Under the pieces are notes generated by a model that saw nothing but the letters and a program-made list of their open reading frames with translations, was not told where the DNA came from and ran no database searches. A DNA stretch of 64,000 nucleotides from Candidatus Acidiferrales bacterium (GTDB lineage Bacteria; Acidobacteriota; Terriglobia; Acidiferrales; UBA7541), in assembly GCA_036833535.1 (NCBI GenBank), contig DAITPO010000002.1, positions 36,687 to 100,686 on the forward strand, read 5' to 3'. Position 1 is the stretch's first letter, and each line of letters starts with the position of its first letter. A program made the position numbers and the translations under genes. Of this stretch, positions 8,298-17,151 are shown piece after piece.

Positions 8298-11138
8298 ATG
8301 AGTCTTGCCACTTCGCGGACGAAATCACGGGCAGGCACGCTCGCCCTACTTCTCGCCGCCGCCGTCATCATCGCGAGCCCCGCCGCTTACGGCCAGACCG
8401 GCAAAGGCGCCATCACCGGCCGCGCCGTTGACTCCACCGGCGCTCCGCTAAAAGGCGCGAAAGTAGTGCTGCAACCTGCGGACTTCTCCGCCGCGACGGA
8501 TGATCGCGGAGAGTTCATCATCCAGAATATTGTTCCAGGCGCGTATACCGTCGTCGTCTCTTACGTCGGCTTCGAACCATTCACCTCCACCGTAACCGTA
8601 GCCGCCGGCCAAACTGCGCGCGTCGATGCCAGCCTGAAAGTCGCCTCCAAGAACGAGCAGATCATCGTCACCGCCGATGCCGCTCGCGGCGATGCCGAGG
8701 CCGTGAATCGCGAGCGCACCTCGGACACAATCTCGCAAGTCATCACTTCCGACGTCATCACCAGTCTCCCCAACGCCAACATCGCCGACGCCGTCGGCCG
8801 CCTCCCGGGCGTTTCTCTCGAACGCGACGAGGGCGAGGGCAAATACATACAGATTCGCGGCACTGAGCCGCGCCTCAACAATGTCACCCTCGACGGCATC
8901 AACGTCCCCTCTCCCGAAGCCGACGTTCGCCAGGTCAAGCTCGATTCGATTCCCGCCGATCTGGTCGAGTCCATCGAAATCAACAAAACCCTCTCCGCCA
9001 ACATGGATGGCGATGGCATCGGCGGCTCCGTGAATCTGGTCACCAAGACCGCCGGCGACCAACCCACCATCAGCCTCAACGGGCTCGGCGGCTACACTCC
9101 GATCATCGGCGGGCGTTACATGGATCAATTCGACGGCACCATCGGCAAGCGCTTCGGTGCGGACAAGCGCTTCGGCGTGCTCTTCGGCGGCTCCTACGAC
9201 TTCAACGGCCGCGGAATTGACGACATCGAGCCCGGCATCGATTCGGGTTTCGCCGCGCCCACTTATGACAGCATCGACCTCCGCGAGTATCGTTACGATC
9301 GGACGCGCTATGGCTTCGCCGGCAGCTCGGACTATAAACTTGGCGAAGGCTCAGGCCTCTATCTTCGCGGGCTCTATTCCGACTTCAAGGACTACGGCGA
9401 CAAGTGGGTTTACACGCTGAATAGCGGCGATGTACCTGAGTTCGGAACTTCCAGCCGCCGTCCCGATTTTGGCATCGCCAGCTTGACCCTCGGCGGCAAG
9501 CATCTCTTCTCTTCCTCCTGGTTTAGTTGGGAGGTCGCGGCCTCGCGCTCCCGCCAGTTGTATGCGGCCGGCGATCCGAAGGCTACCTTTGATCCCATCC
9601 CGGGCACTCCGTTGTCCAATCTGACCAACTGCGTTTTCGATCCCGCCGCGACCACCGACAAATTTCGCCCGCAGTTCAGTCCCAATTGCACCGCCGCCGG
9701 CTCTCCCGTCTACGACCCAACGCAATACGAGCTCACCGCTCTGGCAGTCACGTCGCAGGGGCTCACCGCTCAATTGAATCTTCAGGCGGGCGCTTCCTAC
9801 GGCAAGACCTACCACATCGGCTCAACCACGGGAATCCTGGAAGTCGGAGGCAAGGTTCGCAACGGCCACAAATTCCAGAATGCCACCGAAGACGACTATG
9901 TGCCGAGCGATACTGCACCCGCGATTGCCATGAGCCAGTTCCTCGACAGCTTCACCAATCCGAACTACTACAACAACAGCTACCGCTACGGCCCGGTCAC
10001 GAACTACAACCAGATCGTTTCCTTCTTCAACACCAATCCCGGAGATTTCACCCTCGACGTAAGCGACAGCCATCTCAATACCGACCCGAACAATTTCGGA
10101 CTCATCGAGCGTGTCTCCGCCGGCTACGTCATGAATACGTTTCAATTCAGCCGCTTTCGGATTCAGTTCGGCGTGCGCTTCGAGGGCACCCAGCTCGATA
10201 TCAACGGCAATGTGGTCACCAACGATGTCAATGGCGATTGGGTCTCCACCGCGCCCAATACTTCAGATGCGTCCTACCTGAGCGTGCTCCCGAGCGTCTC
10301 GATTCAATACGCCATCGGCAAGAACACCGACATTCGCGCGGTTTACGGCCGCGGCATCGCCAGACCCGATCCTTTCGATCTCGTTCCCTTCGTACAGCAG
10401 GATTTTTCGCAGAATCCTCCGGCCATCAACATCGGCAATCCCGATCTCAAGCCCGAATACGCCAACAACTACGATGTGCTCTTCGAGCACTACCTCCTGC
10501 CTTTCGGAAAAATTACCGGCGGATTCTTTTTCAAGCAGCTCAGCGATCCGATCTATGAATTTGTTTCGCTACCCACGACCGGCGAATTCGCAGGCGATCA
10601 GGTCTTTCAGCTAAGGAACGGCTCGAACGGACATCTCTGGGGGTTCGAGATCGCCTACTTGCAGCGCATGACTTTCCTTCCCGGATTCCTCAGTGGCTTC
10701 GGTATCTCCGCGAATTACACTTGGACCGATTCGCGTGCCTATAATCTGCCCGGCCGTCCCGATACGCCCGCGCTTCAGCGCCAGGCGCCCAATCTTTGGA
10801 ATGTGAGCCCCACGTACGACCGTGGCCGCGTTTCGATCCGCGCCGGGCTCTCGTACAACGGCCCGAGCATTTTCGCCTATCAATATCAGAGCGGCGGAAG
10901 TCCGGACTTCGGCCCGCACGGCCCTGCCGGAGATCAATATCTCTATACGCACTTTCAGGTGGACGCGCAGGCGGCCATTCGCGTCGCACCGGGCTTGCAG
11001 TTCATCTTTTCGGGATTGAACCTGACGAACTCGGTCTTCGGCTTCTACAACGGCAGCCAGCAATATGTCGCCCAGCGGGAATTCTACAAGCCGACCTACG
11101 AGGTCGGCCTGCGCTGGAATCCATCATTCGAGAAATGA
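8298..11138 (+). CDS. TonB-dependent receptor with N-terminal carboxypeptidase-regulatory-like domain
   Basis: Signal peptide, then GAITGRAVDSTGAPLKGAKVVLQP...GEFIIQNIVPGAYTVVVSYVGFEP (CarboxypepD_reg-like). A plug region follows (LPGVSLERDEGEGKYIQIRG), then a long beta-barrel ending ...YEVGLRWNPSFEK. Confidence 0.9.
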   Translation: MSLATSRTKSRAGTLALLLAAAVIIASPAAYGQTGKGAITGRAVDSTGAPLKGAKVVLQPADFSAATDDRGEFIIQNIVPGAYTVVVSYVGFEPFTSTVTVAAGQTARVDASLKVASKNEQIIVTADAARGDAEAVNRERTSDTISQVITSDVITSLPNANIADAVGRLPGVSLERDEGEGKYIQIRGTEPRLNNVTLDGINVPSPEADVRQVKLDSIPADLVESIEINKTLSANMDGDGIGGSVNLVTKTAGDQPTISLNGLGGYTPIIGGRYMDQFDGTIGKRFGADKRFGVLFGGSYDFNGRGIDDIEPGIDSGFAAPTYDSIDLREYRYDRTRYGFAGSSDYKLGEGSGLYLRGLYSDFKDYGDKWVYTLNSGDVPEFGTSSRRPDFGIASLTLGGKHLFSSSWFSWEVAASRSRQLYAAGDPKATFDPIPGTPLSNLTNCVFDPAATTDKFRPQFSPNCTAAGSPVYDPTQYELTALAVTSQGLTAQLNLQAGASYGKTYHIGSTTGILEVGGKVRNGHKFQNATEDDYVPSDTAPAIAMSQFLDSFTNPNYYNNSYRYGPVTNYNQIVSFFNTNPGDFTLDVSDSHLNTDPNNFGLIERVSAGYVMNTFQFSRFRIQFGVRFEGTQLDINGNVVTNDVNGDWVSTAPNTSDASYLSVLPSVSIQYAIGKNTDIRAVYGRGIARPDPFDLVPFVQQDFSQNPPAINIGNPDLKPEYANNYDVLFEHYLLPFGKITGGFFFKQLSDPIYEFVSLPTTGEFAGDQVFQLRNGSNGHLWGFEIAYLQRMTFLPGFLSGFGISANYTWTDSRAYNLPGRPDTPALQRQAPNLWNVSPTYDRGRVSIRAGLSYNGPSIFAYQYQSGGSPDFGPHGPAGDQYLYTHFQVDAQAAIRVAPGLQFIFSGLNLTNSVFGFYNGSQQYVAQREFYKPTYEVGLRWNPSFEK

Positions 11139-11231
11139 GACTTGTGAGAACCGGTAAATCTTGCGAGGGCGTGGAGTCGACCGCGCCGCAGGTGCTGTGA
11201 AATCGCCGCGGCTCTAGCCGCTGAGGGCGAA

Positions 11232-12179
11232 ATGGCCGAGTTCTCACATCGTCTCAGAGGATCGCTCTTGAACAAACGTGTAGCTGTGAGAACAGTGGTC
11301 CTCTTTCTCGCCGGGGCCTCGATCGCTGCCGCTCAAAACTCCGGGTCCACGCCTACGAAATCCCCCGCGGTTTCAACTGACGCCATTCTGGCCGGCGCCG
11401 GTGACATCGCCGACTGCGCCGATCTCTCCGGCGCGGAAGCCACCGCAAAACTCCTCGAAAAAATTGCCGGCACGATCATGGCCGTCGGCGATCTCGCCTA
11501 TCCCAGCGGCGCCGCAGAACAATTCGCCAATTGCTACGACAAAACTTGGGGCCGCCTGAAAACCCGCACGCGCCCTGCTCCCGGCAATCACGAGTTCCAC
11601 TCGGCCGGCGCCGCTCCCTATTTCGATTATTTCGGCGCGGTCGCGGGCGATCCGAAGAAAGGTTATTACAGCTACGATCTCGGCGCCTGGCACATCATCG
11701 TGCTAAACAGCGAATGCGACGAGCTGGGAGGCTGCGGCAGCGGTTCTCCGCAGGAGAAGTGGTTGCGCGCCGATCTCGCAGCGCATCCCGCCGTCTGCAC
11801 GCTCGCCTACTGGCACAAGCCGCTCTTCAGCTCCGGAGCCAAGCACGGCAACGACCCGGAAATAAAACCGCTGTGGCAGGCCCTGTACGATGCCAACGCC
11901 GACGTCGTCGTCAACGGCCACGACCATGATTACGAACGCTTCGCGCCGCAAAATCCCGATGGCCTGCGCGAGCCTGCCCGCGGCATTCGCGAATTCGTCG
12001 TCGGCACCGGCGGCAAGAACACGCGCGAGTTCGCCAAGATCGAATCCACCAGCGAAGCCCACAGTACCGGCACATTCGGAATCCTCAAGCTGACGCTCCA
12101 CGCCAAAAGCTACGACTGGGAATTCATTCCCATCGCAGGCGGCACTTTCCGCGATCAAGGCTCAGCACCGTGCCACTGA
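11232..12179 (+). CDS. Calcineurin-like metallophosphoesterase (secreted)
   Basis: Motifs GDIADC, GDLAYPSG, PGNHEF and NGHDHDYERF. The N-terminus is signal-like. Confidence 0.85.
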   Translation: MAEFSHRLRGSLLNKRVAVRTVVLFLAGASIAAAQNSGSTPTKSPAVSTDAILAGAGDIADCADLSGAEATAKLLEKIAGTIMAVGDLAYPSGAAEQFANCYDKTWGRLKTRTRPAPGNHEFHSAGAAPYFDYFGAVAGDPKKGYYSYDLGAWHIIVLNSECDELGGCGSGSPQEKWLRADLAAHPAVCTLAYWHKPLFSSGAKHGNDPEIKPLWQALYDANADVVVNGHDHDYERFAPQNPDGLREPARGIREFVVGTGGKNTREFAKIESTSEAHSTGTFGILKLTLHAKSYDWEFIPIAGGTFRDQGSAPCH

Positions 12180-12311
12180 GCCGTACTCAAGCGTCTTCAT
12201 TTCGCGCTGGATTCCGAGTTGACTTGGTAGAACGACGCGGCCTAGTATTTCAACCTGGACCGTTGCACCGTACGAAAATTCTGAAAGCCCAGCTAAAAGG
12301 AGTGCTTGCTC

Positions 12312-12851
12312 ATGCACCGCACATTCGCAACATTGCTGCTCCTGATTCTCGCATTGCCGGTCGTCGCATCCGCACAAAATCCTCCCGCCGCGCCGAAGCC
12401 CGGGCCGGAAGTGAAAAAACTCGAAATTTTTGTCGGTACGTGGACCGACGAGGGAGAAATAAAGCCCGGGATGTTCGCTGCCACGGCAACCAAGTTCACC
12501 AACACCACCCACATCGAATGGATGGAAGGCGGCTTTTTCCTGATCGGCCATTCGGAAGAAACCAGCTCCATGGGCACCGAAAAGAGTATGGCGATTTGGG
12601 GCTACGACACCGAGAAAAAAGTTTATACGTATAACGAATTTGCTTCGAACGGCGAGACCATCACGGCCACGGGTACGCTCGACGGCGACACGTGGACATG
12701 GACCAGCGAGGCGAGCATGGGCGGCAAGATGTTTAAGAGTCGCTACGTTGTCAAGCAGGTGTCTCCCACGTCGTATACGTCCAAGTTAGAGATGCAGCCC
12801 GAAGGCGGCGCGTGGAGCACGGTCTTCGAAAGCAAAGCCACCAAGAAATAA
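12312..12851 (+). CDS. DUF1579-like secreted protein
   Basis: ORF 12306..12851. AAGGAG lies upstream of the ATG at 12312. Signal MHRTFATLLLLILALPVVASA, then VGTWTDEG...MAIWGYDTEKKVYTYNEF...GDTWTWT, as in the DUF1579 lipocalin-like family (recalled from memory). Confidence 0.65.
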   Translation: MHRTFATLLLLILALPVVASAQNPPAAPKPGPEVKKLEIFVGTWTDEGEIKPGMFAATATKFTNTTHIEWMEGGFFLIGHSEETSSMGTEKSMAIWGYDTEKKVYTYNEFASNGETITATGTLDGDTWTWTSEASMGGKMFKSRYVVKQVSPTSYTSKLEMQPEGGAWSTVFESKATKK

Positions 12852-12857
12852 TTTCAC

Positions 12858-12883
12858 GGAAGGACGGTCCGCACCGTCCTTCC
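12858..12883 (+). terminator. Strong hairpin right after the DUF1579-like gene stop
   Basis: GGAAGGACGGT-ccgc-ACCGTCCTTCC, a perfect 11-bp stem starting 7 nt after TAA (12849-12851). It is followed by a pyrimidine run, not a classical T-run. Confidence 0.5.
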
Positions 12884-12962
12884 TCCTCCCCTCCCACGCA
12901 GCGTGTACAAAACAAACGACGCGACCCTTTCCCAATCTAACGTGACGGGGTATTTTTAGAGA

Positions 12963-14111
12963 ATGATTCGCATGTTTAAGCTTTGCCCAGAGCTGCTGGC
13001 CAGAGTGCTCGCCGCCATCGCGCTGATCGCGTTACTTTCCTTGGCGTCGCGCAGCAATCTCGCGCAAGAGCCGCAGCAGAAGACCGCCACTTCCGGCCTC
13101 GGCGGCGTCGGCCCCGTCGTGCAAGGCACGCCCGATGATCCGCTGCGCGATCCGCGCGAGATTCATCTGCACCACGTCAAGCAGCTCACCTTCGACGGCC
13201 AGAATGCCGAAGCTTATTTCAGCTACGACGGCCAGCGCCTCATCTTCATGTCCACGCGCGAGCCTTACAAATGCGATCAGATTTTCACTATGAACATCGA
13301 CGGCTCGAATGTTCACCTGCTCTCGACCGGCAAAGGCCGCACCACCTGCGGCTATTTTTATCCCGGCGGCAAGCACGTGCTCTATTCCTCGACGCATCGC
13401 GCCGGAGACGATTGCCCCCCGCGGCCCGATTATTCGCATGGCTACGTCTGGGCTGTTTATTCGGCGTATCAGATGTATTACGCGAGCGATGACGGCAAGA
13501 TCGAGAAGCCGCTCACCGAGCCGCCCGGCTACAACGCCGAAGGCACACTCTCGGCGGACGGAAAGAAGATCGTCTTCACTTCATCGCGCGACGGCGATCT
13601 CGACATCTACACCATGAATTCGGATGGCACAGATGTTCGCCGCCTGACCAACACTCTCGGCTACGATGGCGGCCCATTCTTTTCGCCCGACGGAAGATGG
13701 ATCGTCTATCGCGCGCATCATCCCACGGGCGAGCAGGAAATCGCGCGCTACAAGTCGCTTCTCGCGCAGGATCTGGTCGAGCCGAATGAAATGGATTTGT
13801 GGCTGATGCGCAACGATGGTTCGCAGCAGCATCAGATCACGAACGTCGGCGGCGCAAGTTTCGCCCCGGCATTTTTCCCCGACAGCCGCCGCATCATCTT
13901 CTCCTCGAATTACGAACACCCCAGCACGAGCCAGTTCGAACTTTACGCCACCGATCGCGACGGCAAGAAAATCGAGCCGGTAACTTTCGCCGGCGGCTTC
14001 AGCGCTTTCCCGCAATTCTCTCCCAACGGCAAAAAGCTGGTCTTCATTTCCAACCGCAACGCCAAAGCCCCGCATGAAATCAACGTCTTCATCGCCGACT
14101 GGGTGCCCTAG
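12963..14111 (+). CDS. TolB-like WD40/PD40 beta-propeller repeat protein
   Basis: Repeated PD40-type motifs: FSYDGQRLIFMSTR, SADGKKIVFTSSRDGDLDIYTMNSDGTDVRRLT, FFSPDGRWIVY, FSPNGKKLVFISNR. Signal peptide present. Confidence 0.85.
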   Translation: MIRMFKLCPELLARVLAAIALIALLSLASRSNLAQEPQQKTATSGLGGVGPVVQGTPDDPLRDPREIHLHHVKQLTFDGQNAEAYFSYDGQRLIFMSTREPYKCDQIFTMNIDGSNVHLLSTGKGRTTCGYFYPGGKHVLYSSTHRAGDDCPPRPDYSHGYVWAVYSAYQMYYASDDGKIEKPLTEPPGYNAEGTLSADGKKIVFTSSRDGDLDIYTMNSDGTDVRRLTNTLGYDGGPFFSPDGRWIVYRAHHPTGEQEIARYKSLLAQDLVEPNEMDLWLMRNDGSQQHQITNVGGASFAPAFFPDSRRIIFSSNYEHPSTSQFELYATDRDGKKIEPVTFAGGFSAFPQFSPNGKKLVFISNRNAKAPHEINVFIADWVP

Positions 14112-14238
14112 TCGCGCAGTCTGGTCTGCCCTGCCACTGTACCCAACTTGGCCGTCCGGCCAGTAGAAGCCGACTATTGCATCGCTCATAATTTCCTGTC
14201 CCCGCCACCCAGCCCTCGGCGGCCCCGTAGAGCAATCA

Positions 14239-16077
14239 ATGAAGAGCAAATACAAAATCCGCCAAGCCAAGAACTCGCCGAACGTGACGCGAGCGCTCCT
14301 CGTTCTCTGCGCATCCCTGTCGATAATCTTCAGCGCTGGCTGCGGCACAGCCAGCAGCGGCAAGACCGGTTCCGGCGGCGGTTCCGGTGGCGGCTCGAAT
14401 CCTGGCGTGGCGATTTCTCCGTCGGGCGCGAACGTGCGCATCGGCGCCACGCAACCGTTCTCTGCGACTGTGACCGGTGCGGCGACTAATGACGTCACCT
14501 GGTCGGTCAACGACATGGTCGGCGGCGACGCCACGACCGGCACGATCAACGCGTCGGGTCTTTATTTCGCTCCGGCGACGCTTCCGAATCCGAATTCGGT
14601 GACGATCAAAGCCGTGAGCACCAGCGATTCCTCGCTCAGCGCAACCGTCACCGTCGATGTGCTCAATCCGATTCCCGCGATCAGCGGCGTGCAGCCCTCG
14701 TCGATCAACACCGGCGCATTCTCGCTCACCGTCACCGGCAGCAATTTCGTCTCCGGCGCGCAAGCAATGCTCGCGGGCGCAGCGCTCACCACATCCTTTG
14801 TCTCGTCAACGCAATTGACCGCCACGGGCAATGCAGCTTCGCCCGGAACTTTCGCCGTCAGCGTCACGAATCCCGATCCCGGCAGCGCCAGCTCCGGCTC
14901 CGTGAATTTGCTGGTCAACGGGACGACCAATCCGAGCGCTTGCAGCGGCATGAGCCTCGGCCAGGGCGGCAGCCTAAATGGTTTCCTTCCCTTCCCGGCC
15001 GACAACGCATGGAACACGGACATTTCCGGCGCGCAGGTGGATCCAAATTCCGCGGCCATCATTAATTTCATCGGCCCAGGCATCACGATGCATCCCGACT
15101 TCGGCGCCGGCCAATATCAAGGCAGCACCATCGGCATTCCGTACGTTGTCGTGGGCAGCGGCCAGCCGCTCGTGCCGATCGACTTCACGGCATACGGAGA
15201 CGAAAGCGATCCGGGCCCGATGCCGGTGCCGTCCGACGCGCCGATCGAAGGCTATCCGAATCCCGGCAGCGGCGATCGCCACGTGCTGGTGCTCGACAAC
15301 TCGAATTGCTGGCTCTACGAACTCTACAGCTCCTATCCCAACAGCGACGGAAGCTGGAACGCGGACTCCGCAGCCGTTTGGGACTTGCTGAACTACAATC
15401 AGCGGCCCTACACGTGGACTTCCGCGGACGCCGCGGGCCTTTCGATTTTCGCGGGCCTCGTTCGCTACGACGAAGTCGCGGCGGGCGAAATCAAGCACGC
15501 CATTCGCGTGACGTTTTCGCAAAGCCAGGCGGCCTTCGTGCTCCCGGCCACACACTGGGCGTCGAATACTTCGAATGCGAATGCGCCGCCGATGGGCATG
15601 CGGCTGCGCCTGAAAGCGAACTTCGATATTTCCGGATTCTCCGCGTCGAATCAGGTGATTCTTACAGCGCTGAAAAAGTACGGCATGATCATGGCCGACA
15701 ACGGCAGCTCGATGTACATCAGCGGCGCGCCCGACGATCGCTGGAGCAACGACGACTTACATTTGCTCAACGGCGTCTCGACCTCGGATTTCGACGTCGT
15801 AAAGATGGACACGATTTACACCGCCTCGAATGTGCCGCAAGGCTCCGCGCCGGCGATCAGCAGCTTCACCGCCAGTTCGACAAGCGTCTCCGCCGGAACG
15901 CCAGTCACGCTGAATTGGAACACCTCGTCCGCGTCGTATCTGGTCGTTTCACCGGACGCAGGCGCAGTGCGCGGCACGAGCGTCACTGTGACGCCGGCAA
16001 CGACGACGACCTACACGCTCTACGCCACAAACGCCTTCGGCCGCACCACCGCGCAAGTCACCATCACCGTCCACTAG
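14239..16077 (+). CDS. Lipoprotein with Ig-like/IPT domains and an uncharacterised central domain
   Basis: Lipobox-like IIFSAGC followed by a G/S linker. Big_2-like region (VAISPSGANVRIGATQPFSATVTG) and IPT-like region (PAISGVQPSSINTGAFSLTVTGSNF). The central ~330 aa include GDRHVLVLDNSNCWLYELY and TSADAAGLSIFAGLVRYDEV. A C-terminal Ig-like module follows. Confidence 0.75.
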   Translation: MKSKYKIRQAKNSPNVTRALLVLCASLSIIFSAGCGTASSGKTGSGGGSGGGSNPGVAISPSGANVRIGATQPFSATVTGAATNDVTWSVNDMVGGDATTGTINASGLYFAPATLPNPNSVTIKAVSTSDSSLSATVTVDVLNPIPAISGVQPSSINTGAFSLTVTGSNFVSGAQAMLAGAALTTSFVSSTQLTATGNAASPGTFAVSVTNPDPGSASSGSVNLLVNGTTNPSACSGMSLGQGGSLNGFLPFPADNAWNTDISGAQVDPNSAAIINFIGPGITMHPDFGAGQYQGSTIGIPYVVVGSGQPLVPIDFTAYGDESDPGPMPVPSDAPIEGYPNPGSGDRHVLVLDNSNCWLYELYSSYPNSDGSWNADSAAVWDLLNYNQRPYTWTSADAAGLSIFAGLVRYDEVAAGEIKHAIRVTFSQSQAAFVLPATHWASNTSNANAPPMGMRLRLKANFDISGFSASNQVILTALKKYGMIMADNGSSMYISGAPDDRWSNDDLHLLNGVSTSDFDVVKMDTIYTASNVPQGSAPAISSFTASSTSVSAGTPVTLNWNTSSASYLVVSPDAGAVRGTSVTVTPATTTTYTLYATNAFGRTTAQVTITVH

Positions 16078-16191
16078 ACTCAAGCAGCGCCGGCGCTACC
16101 ATAGAAATTCTGGCGACGAAGTTGCTTCACGCATTGGCTGTGCTCCGCAATACTGGCAATTGTTGGGGCGAGAATCTAACGAGAAAAAGAG

Positions 16192-17151
16192 ATGAATCGC
16201 ACAGTATGGATGAAAACATTTACGTGTGCGGCAGCGCTGGTCGCCGTGCTCGCCGTAAACGCCGGCGGACAACATTCTGGGGCGCGATTTGCCGACGGAT
16301 TGCCGATCGATCGCGCGCTGGCGGCGGAGCTGCAGCAGGCGATCGAGCATGAATCTCCAGCGCCCACTGCGATCGTGGTGGCGGACGTCGAGTCAGGAAA
16401 GATTTTGGCCGCGCGCGGAATGGACGTGGCGGCGCACCGGCTGGAATCGCCGGGCTCGACAGTGAAGCCGTTCGTGCTGATCACGCTGCTGGAATCGGGA
16501 CGGCTCGATCCGCAGAAGAAGCTTTTGTGCCATCGGCCGCTGTGGATCGGCACGGTGCGCATGGATTGCACGCATCCGGAAGACGTGACGCAGCTCGATG
16601 CGATGGAGGCGATCGCGTATTCGTGCAACTCGTACGTGGCGCAGGCGGCGGTGCGCTTCGATACGGATGAAGTCGTGCAGCTCTATCGCCGATTGGGATT
16701 CGATTCGGCGTCAGGGCTGGCAGAAGGCGAAGCGACGGGGCGAATCGAGCGGACGGGCACACGCGAGGACATGGAGCTGGAGGCGCTGGGGCATCGCGGC
16801 GTGGAGGTCACGCCGCTCGAGCTGCTCGAGGCGTATCGCAAGCTGGCTTTGCGTGTGCGCCGCGGCGGCATGGCGGATGCCGATGCGCCGGTGCTGGCCG
16901 GGCTTGAGGGCTCCGTGGAATTTGGCATGGGACATGCAGCGCACGTGGATGGGATGAAAATCGCGGGCAAGACCGGAACGTCGGAAGCGCCCGGGCGGCC
17001 GCAGTCGCATGGATTTTTTGTGGGCTATGCGCCGGCGGAGAAGCCGGAGATTGCCGTCATGGTTTACGTCGAGCGCGGGCACGGAGGAGATGCAGCGGCG
17101 ATGGCGCAGCCGGTGCTTGCCGCGTTTGCGAAGCATCCGAGATCGCCTTGA
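16192..17151 (+). CDS. Penicillin-binding-protein-like transpeptidase-domain protein (no glycosyltransferase domain)
   Basis: SxxK (PGSTVKPF), SxN (YSCNSY) and KTG (IAGKTGTSE) motifs in the canonical order. Signal peptide present. Only 319 aa. Confidence 0.8.
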   Translation: MNRTVWMKTFTCAAALVAVLAVNAGGQHSGARFADGLPIDRALAAELQQAIEHESPAPTAIVVADVESGKILAARGMDVAAHRLESPGSTVKPFVLITLLESGRLDPQKKLLCHRPLWIGTVRMDCTHPEDVTQLDAMEAIAYSCNSYVAQAAVRFDTDEVVQLYRRLGFDSASGLAEGEATGRIERTGTREDMELEALGHRGVEVTPLELLEAYRKLALRVRRGGMADADAPVLAGLEGSVEFGMGHAAHVDGMKIAGKTGTSEAPGRPQSHGFFVGYAPAEKPEIAVMVYVERGHGGDAAAMAQPVLAAFAKHPRSP

